Assembly: GCA_964291395.2 (NCBI GenBank)
Contig: OZ219856.1
Location: 1,216,001 to 1,280,000, forward strand
Direction: 5' to 3'
DNA length: 64,000 nt
From: Alphaproteobacteria bacterium
Lineage (GTDB): Bacteria; Pseudomonadota; Alphaproteobacteria; UBA2966
Shown here: one piece after another, positions 1 through 9,774 of the stretch
Layout of the letters: every line of letters starts with the position of its first letter
How positions within the stretch are numbered: the first letter of the stretch is position 1
Translations under genes and position numbers: made by a program
The notes under the pieces: model-generated
Seen by the model: the letters and a program-made list of their open reading frames with translations, nothing else
The model's database searches: none
What the model was told of the DNA's origin: nothing

Positions 1-1614
1 CCGGAAAGCGTTCTGACGGTCACCGGCCCCGTCGTCGCCCGCAGCGCCGACACCGTCAATCCCAGGTTGCCGACGGGACATGTCGAGGTGCGTATCGAGT
101 CTCTGGAAATACAGTCGGCGGCCGAGGAGCTACCTCTGCAGGTGTTCGGCGAGCAGGAATATCCGGAGGAAACCCGGCTCCGTTATCGCTTTCTGGATCT
201 TCGCCGCGAGCGCATCCATCACAACATCGCATTGCGGTCGAATGTGATTACGAGCATTCGTCGGCGCATGGTCGAGCAGGGCTTTTCGGAGTACCAGACC
301 CCGATACTTACGGCCAGCTCACCGGAGGGCGCTCGCGATTTTCTGGTCCCAAGCCGGTTGCATCCCGGAAAGTTTTACGCGCTTCCACAGGCACCCCAGC
401 AGTTCAAACAGCTGTATATGGTCGCGGGTTTCGATCGGTACTTTCAGATCGCGCCATGCTTCCGCGACGAGGACGCGCGCGCGGACCGGTCGCCGGGCGA
501 GTTCTATCAACTCGACATGGAGATGTCCTTCGTCGAACAGGAGGACGTCTTCGACGTCATAGAGCCGGTCATGCACGGCGTGTTCGAGGAGTTCACGAAC
601 TGGGAGATCACCCCCCGGCCGTTTCCCAGGATCCCGTTTGCGGAGGCGATGCTGAAGTACGGCACGGACAAGCCCGACCTGCGCAACCCCCTCCAGGTCA
701 GCGATTGCACGGGGCCGTTCGAAGGGGGTGGATTCGGACTCTTCAGCCGGGCCATTGAGAAGGGCGCCGTCGTTCGCGCGATTCCTGCTCCGGGCGCCGG
801 TGGTCGGCCGCGCAGCTTCTTTGACAAGCTCAACGATTGGGCGCGCGACGACGGTTGGCCGGGCCTCGGTTACATCGTGTTCGAGGAAGGCGGCGGCAAG
901 GGGCCCATCGCCAACAACCTCGAAGCGGAGCGCGTGGAACAAATCAAGGCGATCGCGGGCGCCGCAGACGGCGACGCCGTGTTTTTCGCCTGCGATCGGC
1001 CTGATCGTGCGGCCACGCTCGCCGGGCTCGCACGGACCCGGTTGGCGGAAGAACTCCAGCTCTCGGAACGGAAAGCATACCGGTTCTGCTGGATCGTGGA
1101 CTACCCGATGTATGAATGGGACGAGACCGAACGCAAGATCGAGTTCAGCCATAACCCCTTCTCCATGCCGCAGGGGGGTCTGGATGCCCTCAACTCTCGG
1201 GATCCGCTGGACGTCCTGGCCTATCAGTACGACATCGTGTGCAATGGGGTTGAATTGTCGTCGGGCGCCATCCGGAACCATGATCCGGAGATCATGTACA
1301 AGGCCTTCGAGATCGCGGGATACGCCCGCGACGAATTGGAGACCCAGTTCGGAGGCATGTTGCGCGCGCTCAAATTTGGTGCGCCGCCCCACGGCGGATT
1401 GGCGCCGGGCATCGATCGCATCGTCATGCTCATCGCGGACGAGCCGAACATCCGCGAGGTCGTGACGTTTCCGATGAACCAGCAGGCAGAAGACCTGCTG
1501 ATGGGCGCACCTGCGGACGCCGCCGCCCGCCATCTCCGTGAACTACACATCAGGGTCGTCCCGCCGGAGGCAGGAAAACCGGCCCACGGTGCGGAAGAGA
1601 AGAAATCCGGGTAA
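1..1614 (+). CDS. aspS: Aspartyl-tRNA synthetase (5'-truncated by window edge)
   Basis: Frame open from base 1. Class II motifs [38 protein letters not shown] and [14 protein letters not shown]. Confidence 0.97.
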   Translation, partial: PESVLTVTGPVVARSADTVNPRLPTGHVEVRIESLEIQSAAEELPLQVFGEQEYPEETRLRYRFLDLRRERIHHNIALRSNVITSIRRRMVEQGFSEYQTPILTASSPEGARDFLVPSRLHPGKFYALPQAPQQFKQLYMVAGFDRYFQIAPCFRDEDARADRSPGEFYQLDMEMSFVEQEDVFDVIEPVMHGVFEEFTNWEITPRPFPRIPFAEAMLKYGTDKPDLRNPLQVSDCTGPFEGGGFGLFSRAIEKGAVVRAIPAPGAGGRPRSFFDKLNDWARDDGWPGLGYIVFEEGGGKGPIANNLEAERVEQIKAIAGAADGDAVFFACDRPDRAATLAGLARTRLAEELQLSERKAYRFCWIVDYPMYEWDETERKIEFSHNPFSMPQGGLDALNSRDPLDVLAYQYDIVCNGVELSSGAIRNHDPEIMYKAFEIAGYARDELETQFGGMLRALKFGAPPHGGLAPGIDRIVMLIADEPNIREVVTFPMNQQAEDLLMGAPADAAARHLRELHIRVVPPEAGKPAHGAEEKKSG

Positions 1615-1638
1615 AATCTCCGTTCTCAAGTCCTCGAG

Positions 1639-1674
1639 AAAAAAGGCGCGCCGCATGGACGAAGGCGACGCGCC
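1639..1674 (-). terminator. Intrinsic terminator on the minus strand, downstream of nrdJ and the candidate sRNA
   Basis: Minus strand reads GGCGCGTCGCC...GCGGCGCGCC followed by TTTTTT. Confidence 0.75.
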
Positions 1675-1703
1675 GAATCAACAGGGAGGACTAGTGTTGG
1701 TCA
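1639..1703 (-). ncRNA. Candidate small RNA with anti-Shine-Dalgarno loop
   Basis: Minus strand: TAGTAT (-10-like, 1705-1710), then a CAACA-CTAGTCCTCCC-TGTTG hairpin, then the terminator. Confidence 0.45.
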
Positions 1704-1781
1704 CATACTACTCACCACGCATATCCCTACCGGGCTTTACGATGGGACGGGGCCCGGTAGGCTGTCCCGAGGCCTTGCACC

Positions 1782-4700
1782 TCAGGAACACCCGCTGGTG
1801 GCGCCGCAGGTCACGCATTTCAAGCATGTCCCGTTGCGCACCAGAGTGAAGTTTCCGCATTCGCCGCACGCATCTCCTTCGTATCCCTTAATTCGGGCTT
1901 CGCGAATCTGTTCGGACCGGCTGTCGATCTCTTCGGTCACGTCCGCCGAAATGCCGATCATGGTGTCGGTCTCGGCGCTGGCACCGACCTCCGCGGCAAG
2001 CGCATGGGCAGTGGCGACACCCGAACCCATCACCTGGGCTTCGGCACTCGCCCCCTCGACCGTGTCGCCCACGACGTACAGATTGCTACGCACGTACCCA
2101 TTGCTGGCCAAGCTCACGGCACCTTCCGCGGTGCCGTCGCCTGGCGGTGCATAGGCTTCCCCGACACTGTCGGGCCGCAGGTCGTCAGGTTCGACATGGG
2201 CCAGGTCGTTGCGACCCAGATAGGAAATCGCGATTTCGCGGAAGACGTAGTCGAGGATCGATGTCGCCATCTTTATGGCGTCATTGCCCTCGACGATGCC
2301 CTGGGGCTCGAACCGCGTAAACGTGAACGCTTCCACGAACTCGTCCAGCGGAACGCCGTATTGCAGACCGATGGAGATGGCGATGGCGAAGTTGTTCATC
2401 AGACTGCGGAACGCCGCACCTTCCTTGTGCATGTCGATGAAGATCTCGCCGAGCGACCCATCGTCGTACTCACCCGTTCGGAGGTACACCTTGTGACCAC
2501 CGACCGAAGCCTTTTGCGTATACCCCTTTCTCCGCCCCGGAAGCCGTCGCCGCTCTGCCGTCACGATCTGGTGGACGATTCTCTCCGCGACGACCTGGGT
2601 CGGTCTCTCCACGGCCAAGGGTTCCGATTCTTCGTAGATGTCATCGTCCTCGGCGAGGGAAGACGCCAACGGCTGCGACAGCTTGGATCCGTCGCGGTAG
2701 AGCGCATTGGCTTTCAATCCAAGCCTCCACGACCTCAGATAGGCGTCCTTGCAATCTTCGACCGTTGCGGAATTCGGCATGTTGATGGTCTTGGAGATGG
2801 CGCCCGAGATGAACGGCTGCGCCGCCGCCATCATCCGGATGTGACTTTCCGTCGGCAGGCACCGTGTTCCTTTGGGGCCGCAAGGATTCGCGCAATCGAA
2901 CACGGACAGATGGGCTTCCTCAAGGTGCGGGGCGCCCTCCAGTGTCATCGCGCCACAGCAATAGGTATTGGCGGCGTCGACTTGGTCAGGCGTGAAGCCC
3001 AAGGCTTCGAGTATGTCGAAGGACACGTCCGCGAGCTGGTCGGCCGTGAAACCCAACACCTCGGAACAGAAGTCCACACCCAACGTCCATTTGTTGAACG
3101 CAAATTTTATGTCGAACGCGTTGGCCAGCGCGCCTTCGAGGGCCTCTAACGCGCCATCGGTAAAGCCCGCCGCCGAAAGGGTCTCGTGATTGATTGCGGG
3201 CGCGTCCTTCAGTGTCCCGTGGCCGACGGCATGGACGATGATGTCGTCGATCTCGGACTCGGAGTAGCCGAGCTTCATGAGGGCGCGCGGCACGCATCGG
3301 TTGATTATCCGAAAGTACCCTCCGCCGGCCAGTTTCTTGAACTTGACCAGAGCGAAATCCGGCTCGATGCCCGTGGTATCGCAGTCCATGACGAGCCCGA
3401 TAGTGCCCGTCGGTGCGATGACGGTGACTTGGGCGTTGCGGTAGCCGTGTGCCCGTCCTTTCTCGACAGCTTCGCGCCAGGAACGCGTCGCGGCTTCCGC
3501 GAGCCCCTGGTCGGGGCAGGATTCGGGATGAAACACGACGGGTAGTGTCGAAAGGTCCTCGAACCGACCGGAAAGTGCCCCGGCGGCACGGGCATGATTG
3601 CGCATGACCCGCTGCATCGCCTTTCGATTTCGCACGTAGCCCGGAAACGCTCCCAATTCCGCCGACATTTCTGCGGACGTCGCGTAGGCGGTTCCCGTCA
3701 TCAGCGCCGTGATTCCGGCGCACAGTGAGCGGCCTTCGTCGCTGTCGTAGGAGAGGCCGCTCGCCATCAGCAGGCCGCCGATATTCGCGTATCCCAGACC
3801 CAGGGTCCGGTACACGTACGAAAGCTCGGCGATCCGGCGCGACGGGAACTGCGCCATCATCACCGAGATTTCCAGGACGATGGTCCACAGCCTTACCGCA
3901 TGCTCGAAGGCTTCGGTGTCGAACGTGCTGTCCTCTCGGACGAAGGCCAGCAAGTTGAGCGACGCGAGGTTGCAGGCCGTGTCGTCGAGGAACATGTACT
4001 CCGAACATGGGTTCGACGCCCGGATGGGCCCGCCTTCCGGACACGTGTGCCAGTCGTTGATCGTCGTATGGTATTGCACCCCGGGATCTGCCGAGGCCCA
4101 GGCGGCATGCGCGATCTCATCCCACAATTCCCGTGCGGGAAGGGTCTTGGAGATCTTGCCGTCGGTCCGGCGGGTCAGGTTCCAGTCCGCGTCTTCCTCG
4201 ACCGCTTTGAGGAACTCGTCGGTAACTCGGACGGTGTTGTTGGCGTTCTGCCCGGACACGGTGCCATAGGCGTCACCATCCCAGTCGGTGTCGTAGGTCT
4301 TGAATTCGATCTCGGTGAAACCCTGTTGGGCGAACTGAATCACGCGCTTGACGTAGCCTTCGGGCACCAGAGCCCGGCCGGCTTCCTTGATGGCCCTCTT
4401 CAATTCCGGATTGTCGGACGTGCTGAACCGGTTTTCACCTTCGACCGCATGACAGGCCTTCATGACCGCGTTGAGGTGTTTCGCATTGACCTTCGATCCG
4501 GTGACCAACGCGGCGACCTTCTGTTCCTCGGCGACCTTCCAGTTGATGAATTCTTCGATGTCCGGGTGATCGACGTCGACGACGACCATCTTCGCCGCGC
4601 GCCGTGTCGTGCCACCCGACTTGATGGCGCCCGCCGCACGGTCCCCCACTTTGAGGAAGCTCATGAGCCCCGAGGACTTGCCGCCGCCGGAAAGGTTTTC

Positions 4701-5426
4701 GTTCGCCGCCCGCACGGCGGAGAAGTTGGAGCCCGTGCCCGAGCCGTACTTGAACAGGCGCGCCTCACGGACCCACAGATCCATGATGCCGCCTTGGTTC
4801 ACCAGATCGTCGGCGATGCCCTGGATAAAGCAGGCATGCGGCTGGGGATGCTCGTACGCGGTTTCCGATGCGCGGCATTCGCCCGTCCGATAATCGACGT
4901 AATAATGACCCTGAGACGGACCATCGACGCCATAAGCCCAATGCAGGCCCGTGTTGAACCACTGCGGCGAGTTGGGGGCGCCCATCTGACGGGCCAGCAT
5001 GTAGCGCATTTCATCGAAGAAGGCCCGGGCGTCCGAATCGGAATCAAAGTAACCGCCCTTCCAGCCCCAGTAGGCCCAGGTACCCGCCAAGCGATCGAAG
5101 ACGCTCTTGGCGCTGGTTTCGCCTATCTCTCGCTGGTCTTCGGGCAGTCCGGCGAGCGCCTCTTCGTCGGCAACCTTACGCCAAAGGAATGAGGGAACGT
5201 CGTTCTCCTCGACCGTTTTCAGACATGCCGGCACACCCGCCTTGCGAAAGTACTTCTGAGCAATGATGTCGCAGGCCACTTGCGACCAGTCTTCGGGAAC
5301 CTCGAAGCGTTCAAGACGGAAGACGACGGTTCCATCCGGATTACGGATTTCACTGGTCGCGTTTCGGAACGGAATCCCCCCGTAGGGTGACTTTCCTTCC
5401 TCCGTGAACCGACGACGTACCCGCAT
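1782..5426 (-). CDS. nrdJ: Vitamin B12-dependent (class II) ribonucleotide reductase
   Basis: [35 protein letters not shown]-terminal CGECG...[14 protein letters not shown]. Start taken at MRVRRRF. Confidence 0.96.
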   Translation of the reverse strand: MRVRRRFTEEGKSPYGGIPFRNATSEIRNPDGTVVFRLERFEVPEDWSQVACDIIAQKYFRKAGVPACLKTVEENDVPSFLWRKVADEEALAGLPEDQREIGETSAKSVFDRLAGTWAYWGWKGGYFDSDSDARAFFDEMRYMLARQMGAPNSPQWFNTGLHWAYGVDGPSQGHYYVDYRTGECRASETAYEHPQPHACFIQGIADDLVNQGGIMDLWVREARLFKYGSGTGSNFSAVRAANENLSGGGKSSGLMSFLKVGDRAAGAIKSGGTTRRAAKMVVVDVDHPDIEEFINWKVAEEQKVAALVTGSKVNAKHLNAVMKACHAVEGENRFSTSDNPELKRAIKEAGRALVPEGYVKRVIQFAQQGFTEIEFKTYDTDWDGDAYGTVSGQNANNTVRVTDEFLKAVEEDADWNLTRRTDGKISKTLPARELWDEIAHAAWASADPGVQYHTTINDWHTCPEGGPIRASNPCSEYMFLDDTACNLASLNLLAFVREDSTFDTEAFEHAVRLWTIVLEISVMMAQFPSRRIAELSYVYRTLGLGYANIGGLLMASGLSYDSDEGRSLCAGITALMTGTAYATSAEMSAELGAFPGYVRNRKAMQRVMRNHARAAGALSGRFEDLSTLPVVFHPESCPDQGLAEAATRSWREAVEKGRAHGYRNAQVTVIAPTGTIGLVMDCDTTGIEPDFALVKFKKLAGGGYFRIINRCVPRALMKLGYSESEIDDIIVHAVGHGTLKDAPAINHETLSAAGFTDGALEALEGALANAFDIKFAFNKWTLGVDFCSEVLGFTADQLADVSFDILEALGFTPDQVDAANTYCCGAMTLEGAPHLEEAHLSVFDCANPCGPKGTRCLPTESHIRMMAAAQPFISGAISKTINMPNSATVEDCKDAYLRSWRLGLKANALYRDGSKLSQPLASSLAEDDDIYEESEPLAVERPTQVVAERIVHQIVTAERRRLPGRRKGYTQKASVGGHKVYLRTGEYDDGSLGEIFIDMHKEGAAFRSLMNNFAIAISIGLQYGVPLDEFVEAFTFTRFEPQGIVEGNDAIKMATSILDYVFREIAISYLGRNDLAHVEPDDLRPDSVGEAYAPPGDGTAEGAVSLASNGYVRSNLYVVGDTVEGASAEAQVMGSGVATAHALAAEVGASAETDTMIGISADVTEEIDSRSEQIREARIKGYEGDACGECGNFTLVRNGTCLKCVTCGATSGCS

Positions 5427-5499
5427 CTTGCCCCCACTTGAACCACGACGCATGGAGCTTCTTGCGCCCCGTTTCCGCCTCCCGAACCACTCCAGTTGT

Positions 5500-5674
5500 T
5501 CTCAAGATATTGCGATTGGTCGTGATACGGGGCACAAAATGTGTCACTAGCGGGCGAAGTCTGTCAACCAGATTTTGTGTGTTGGGAGGCAGAAATATCA
5601 ATATGCGGTGGGCAGTCTTCACCGGGGACACCAGATCGAAATACAAAAAAGGGATGCTGCTCAATACCTTGGGG
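5500..5674. promoter_or_regulatory. Array of NrdR-box-like 16-mers upstream of nrdJ
   Basis: Matches to acaCwAtATaTwGtgt at 5500, 5565, 5596 and 5659, with weaker half-matches at 5532 and 5628. Spacing is 31-33 bp. Confidence 0.75.
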
Positions 5675-5796
5675 GTCTGAATTCAGGGTCGAGACCAAGG
5701 CGTTTTTTTGAGGTCCGCCGGTCGGGATCGGCGGGATCTGCCGGGGAGGCTGGACGCGAAACCCGGTTGGTGCAATAGTCGCGCGCGCTTTGAGTG

Positions 5797-6491
5797 GGGA
5801 ATCATACCGCAAAGTCACAATCCACGCTGGCCAGGCGGATCGATGATCGGCTCCAGGCATTGTGCCAGGCTCTGCGGTCCCGTGAGCGGGGAGCCCCGTG
5901 TGGATGACAAGCCCGTTGTCGTCATCCGCCCCTCCAGCTGCCAGCCGATGTCGAGAACGGAGAAACGATCATGACGATGATCCACCGTCTTCGGGGCCTT
6001 GCCGCCGCGCTGCTTCTGACGTTCGCGGCGCCGGCCGCAGCAGGCGACGACCGGGGCACGGCCGAGGAAGCTCAGGACATGGTGGCGCGCGCCATCGCCC
6101 ACTACGACGAGATGCCGGGGCCGGGGCGGCGCTGGAGAAAATCAACACCGACCCGCGCCGGAGTTCCTGGACCGCGATCTCTATATCTTCGTCTTTGGAC
6201 ACGACCGGGACCATCGTGGCCCACGCCGTCGATCCTTCCCTGATGGGGAGGCACTTCACGTCCTTTGTGGCCGACGGCAAGCCCTTCGGCGGCGAGATGG
6301 AGGACAATACCTCACCGGACGGGGTCTGGGTCGACTACAAGTGGAAGAACCCGGAAACCGGGGAGATCGAACAGAAGTCGAGCTGGACCGTGTTGCACGA
6401 CGGCTATGTCTTCGGCGTGGGCATCTACAAGCCGTGAGAGGTCATCGATCCGCTTGGGCAGCGTCGATTGTGACTTTGCGATATAATTCCC
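5797..6491. mobile_element. Putative non-autonomous insertion cassette (50-bp terminal inverted repeats, passenger Cache gene, no transposase)
   Basis: 5797-5846 matches the reverse complement of 6442-6491 at 45/50 positions. The ends read GGGAATCAT and GGGAATTAT. Confidence 0.6.
5971..6437 (+). pseudogene. Stand-alone secreted single-Cache domain protein, three frameshifts (pseudogene or sequence error)
   Basis: Signal peptide plus RGTAEEAQDMVARAIAHY. EFLDRDLYIFV lies in another frame. C-terminus DGKPFG...WVDYKWKNPETGEIEQKSSW...VFGVGIYK. Shifts at ~6110, ~6156 and ~6195. Confidence 0.8.
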
Positions 6492-6561
6492 TTCAATTGA
6501 TGGCAGCCCCGTTTCGTGGGCGGAGGCGAACCGACTGTCGGGGAGTGGAGCGAGCGAAGGT

Positions 6562-6948
6562 ATGGGGGTTCTGGACTTTCTGACCTGGTGGAAACGGGAG
6601 ACTCTGGGAACGGCGCTGTTCACCTGGCGAAAAGGAGAATTCGTAGGCACCGACGCCTACGGGAACAGGTATTTTCAAGAGAAGAATCCCAGGGCGAGAC
6701 GCCGCCGCCGCTGGGTTCTCTACCGTGGCGAGGTCGAGGGTTCGAAGGTGCCGGCGGAATGGCACGCGTGGCTGCACCACACGTCCGACCAGGTGCCGTC
6801 CGACTCGGCGTCCCGCCGGGACTGGGAGAAACCTCACGTTGCCAATCTCACCGGCACTCCGGCGGCGTACCAACCGCCTGGAGCGGTGACGAAGGGCAGT
6901 CGACGGGATCCAACGACCGGAGACTACGAACCGTGGCGTCCGAACTGA
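6562..6948 (+). CDS. NADH:ubiquinone oxidoreductase subunit NDUFA12 family
   Basis: GEFVGTDAYGNRYF, RRWVLY, SKVPAEWHAWLH, WEKPHVANLTGT, DYEPWRP. Confidence 0.93.
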   Translation: MGVLDFLTWWKRETLGTALFTWRKGEFVGTDAYGNRYFQEKNPRARRRRRWVLYRGEVEGSKVPAEWHAWLHHTSDQVPSDSASRRDWEKPHVANLTGTPAAYQPPGAVTKGSRRDPTTGDYEPWRPN

Positions 6949-7067
6949 GGCGCGACGCCGCGGGGCGCAGGCCACTCATCGCGATCCATTGAGCGCCGCG
7001 GCTGGACCGGGGGTGCGTTCCGGCGCGAGAATCACGCGCCGAAGGGCGTCCTGATCGCGCTTCCTGA

Positions 7068-7135
7068 CCGCTCAAACCGTTGGGCGATGAAAGCCGTTGT
7101 GCAACCGGCGTTTAGCCCGAGCGGCGTTTGAGCGG
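7068..7135. repeat. Long imperfect hairpin (REP-like)
   Basis: Outer arms CCGCTCAAAC/GTTTGAGCGG, with inner arms TGGGC/GCCCG and GCCGTTG/CAACCGGC. Confidence 0.55.
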
Positions 7136-7287
7136 CGCGAGCCGCCACGCTTGCTCTCTCACGGACGAGCCGAGCGGTGTCGATGCTGCCAGTCACCACC
7201 GGCGTCACCGTGCGGACGCTTTCGAGGTTTGGGCCGGAGACCATGAGGGGACACGGGCGCCTGCCGGCTGTTTGGCGGTTGGAGTCC

Positions 7288-7316
7288 TTTACGGACTCCG
7301 TAACAGAAGGTACAGT
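7288..7316 (+). promoter_or_regulatory. higBA promoter with overlapping palindromic operator
   Basis: TTTACG-17 bp-TACAGT. Perfect palindrome TTACGGA-C-TCCGTAA at 7289-7303. ATG lies 8 nt after the -10 with no SD. Confidence 0.65.
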
Positions 7317-7324
7317 CGGCGCGC

Positions 7325-7603
7325 ATGATACGAAGCTTCGGAGACCGGGAGACGAGACGCTTCTTCGAGGGTCAGCGCATCGCGGCATTTCAGAGCTTCG
7401 CCAGACAGGCGGCGCGTCGTCTGGTCCTGCTGGACAGCACGGAGACGCTCGGCGACCTTGCCGCGCTGCCGAGCAATCGGCTGGAAGCACTGCGGGGCGA
7501 CCGCGCCGGTCAGCACAGCATTCGGATCAACGCGCAATGGCGCGTCTGCTTCCGCTGGACGGACGACGGGCCGCACGATGTGGAGATCGTCGATTATCAC
7601 TGA
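7325..7603 (+). CDS. higB: HigB (RelE/ParE superfamily) toxin
   Basis: MIRSF...LEALRGDRAGQHSIRINAQWRVCFRW...VEIVDYH; toxin-first gene order. Confidence 0.93.
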   Translation: MIRSFGDRETRRFFEGQRIAAFQSFARQAARRLVLLDSTETLGDLAALPSNRLEALRGDRAGQHSIRINAQWRVCFRWTDDGPHDVEIVDYH

Positions 7604-7614
7604 AGGCATCTGAC

Positions 7615-7943
7615 ATGAACATGAAGAACGGAATGAGGCCGGTGCATCCGGGCGAGGTCCTGCGCGACGAACTCGACGAGCTCGGGCTGTCGGCCAACGC
7701 GCTTGCGAAGGCGCTGAGCGTACCGGCGAACCGGGTGACGATGATTTTGAACGGCCAGCGCGGCGTGAGCGCTGACACCGCGCTGCGGCTGGCGCGCTAT
7801 TTCGGGACGACGCCGCAACTCTGGATGAACTTGCCGGGTGAGTTGGGAATGATGGGCAGAAGACTTGGGAGCTTCGCCAAGCGGAGATCGTGGCCGGCCG
7901 CGGGATCGACGAGAAGGTGACGCCCCGGCAATCGGCGGCGTAA
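7615..7943 (+). pseudogene. higA: HigA antitoxin (Xre HTH) frameshifted by a 23-bp insertion
   Basis: MRPVHPGEVLRDEL...ADTALRLARYFGTTPQLWMNL. Removing 7834-7856 restores QKTWELRQAE...AA* ending at 7943. Confidence 0.85.
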
Positions 7944-7955
7944 AGGGCACCATCG

Positions 7956-8758
7956 GTGCGTTCGGTGAAAGACCACGTGTCGCCAGTCGAGGCGGCTCGG
8001 GCGGAGGCAAGCGCCCGGCAGGACTGGAATGCCGAGTGTTACGCGCGCAACGCCCGGTTCGTGTCGGATCTCGGTGGACCCGTGGTGGAACTTCTGAGGC
8101 CGATCTCCGGCCTGCGGGTCCTGGACCTCGGGTGTGGCGACGGCGCCTTGACCGAGCAGCTCGCCGCCGAGGGCGCCGACATTGTGGCCATCGATGCGAG
8201 CGAGTCTCAAGTTTCGGCGGCGCGGGCCCGCGGACTCGACGCCCGGATCGGGGACGCCCGCCGACTCGACTTCGAGAACGAGTTCGACGCAGTGTTCTCC
8301 AATGCGGCCCTGCACTGGATCAGCCCTCCCGAGGCTGTCGTCGAGGGGGTCGCCCGGGCACTCAAACCGGGGGGACGGTTCGTCGGGGAATTCGGCGGGG
8401 AAGGCAACGTCGAGACGGTTCGCAGGGCGCTGATCTCCGCACTGGACGCTCGTGGATATGATGGGGCGGCGGCCGACCCATGGTTTTTCCTTCGGACGAG
8501 GGCTACCGGGACATGCTCCAAGCGGGCGGGTTTGCGGTGGAGTCCATGGGACTCATCCCGCGTCCCACCCCCATTCCGGGTGACCTGGGCGACTGGATCA
8601 GGACATTGGCGGGCAGCTTCCTCGCGGTCGCGTCCGAAGCGCAGCGGGACGCCGTGATTTCGGACGTGCGGAGCGCCGTGCGAGACTCTCTCCAACGGCC
8701 GGATGGCGGTTGGTCGGTCGATTACGTCCGGCTTCGCTTTGCGGCGCGTCTGGCCTGA
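7956..8758 (+). pseudogene. Class I SAM-dependent methyltransferase, 1-bp frameshift at ~8490
   Basis: VLDLGCGDG, FDAVFSNAALHW, LKPGGRFVGEFGG. Continues in another frame as FPSDEGY...DYVRLRFAA. The shift sits in TTTTTCC. Confidence 0.85.
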
Positions 8759-8774
8759 AGTGGAGTCACGGCCG

Positions 8775-9182
8775 ATGATCTTCCGGCGCGCGCCGGTCGC
8801 CCTTGTCTTCATGGCGGTCTGCGCCGTTTTCTGGACGCCCCGTGCGGACGCACAGTCCGTGAAGATGGCCGTGCTCCAAGGGCTCGACAAGGTCACGGCC
8901 CGCATCTCCACGATTCGGGCGCCGATCGGCGAGGGGGTGAAGTTCGGAACCCTGGTCGTCACCGCGCGAACGTGTAGCAAGCGCCCGCCCGAGGAGACGC
9001 CCGAAACCACGGCGTTTCTCGAAATCGTCGACGACAAGCCCGGTGAGTCGCCACGCCTGGTGTTCAGCGGCTGGATGTTCGCTTCGAGTCCCGCGCTCTC
9101 TGCGATGGAGCACGCGGTTTACGACCTCTGGGTGATCGACTGCAGGATCGCCGCCGGGTCCGGCGGGTCGGGCAATGAATAG
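8775..9182 (+). CDS. DUF2155 family exported protein
   Basis: [39 protein letters not shown]; usual neighbour of aat. Confidence 0.9.
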   Translation: MIFRRAPVALVFMAVCAVFWTPRADAQSVKMAVLQGLDKVTARISTIRAPIGEGVKFGTLVVTARTCSKRPPEETPETTAFLEIVDDKPGESPRLVFSGWMFASSPALSAMEHAVYDLWVIDCRIAAGSGGSGNE

Positions 9183-9769
9183 AAATCGCCGTCCACGCTC
9201 AGGGCGCTTGCGAGAAGGTCCCGATAGTCGGCCCGCGGTATCTCAACGGCACCGAAACGTTTGAGGTGCGCGGTCACGAACTGTACGTCCAGAAGCCGGT
9301 AGCCGCCGGACCTCAGGCGCGCGACGAGGTGGACAAGGGCCACTTTGCTCGCGTCGCGTTCGTGGCTGAACATGCTTTCACCGAAGAAGGCGCCTTGAAT
9401 GGAAATACCGTAGAGGCCCCCGATCAGTCGGGCCCCGTTCCAGCACTCGACACTGTGGGCGAATCCCATCTCGTGAAGTTCCGCGTAGAGGGTGACGATC
9501 TCGTCGTTGATCCACGTATTTCGACGACCGCTGCCCGGTTCCGCGCAAGCCTCGATGACGGCGCGGAAATCCCGATCGATGTATACGGGATCCGCCCAGT
9601 GCCGAATGGTTCGCGCCAGTCGTCTCGGTACGTGGAACGCGTCGAGGGGAATGACACCGCGCATCTCGGGATCGATCCAATAGAGAGTCGGGTCATGCCG
9701 GCTCTCGGCCATCGGAAAGACGCCGCGCATGTAGGCATGCAGCACGATCTCGGGTGTCAGACGCGGCAT
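9119..9769 (-). CDS. aat: Leucyl/phenylalanyl-tRNA-protein transferase
   Basis: GVFPMAE, AHSVECW, GGLYG...[15 protein letters not shown]. Confidence 0.95.
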   Translation of the reverse strand: MPRLTPEIVLHAYMRGVFPMAESRHDPTLYWIDPEMRGVIPLDAFHVPRRLARTIRHWADPVYIDRDFRAVIEACAEPGSGRRNTWINDEIVTLYAELHEMGFAHSVECWNGARLIGGLYGISIQGAFFGESMFSHERDASKVALVHLVARLRSGGYRLLDVQFVTAHLKRFGAVEIPRADYRDLLASALSVDGDFYSLPDPPDPAAILQSITQRS

Positions 9770-9774
9770 TCCAT

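Noticed and set aside
7068-7135. Possible integron attC next to higBA (GTTGGGC at 7079)
   Set aside because: No properly placed RYYYAAC/GTTRRRY pair, no integrase and no cassette array.
9119-9182. 64-bp convergent overlap of DUF2155 and aat
   Set aside because: A short tail-to-tail overlap of two conserved neighbours; not considered unusual.
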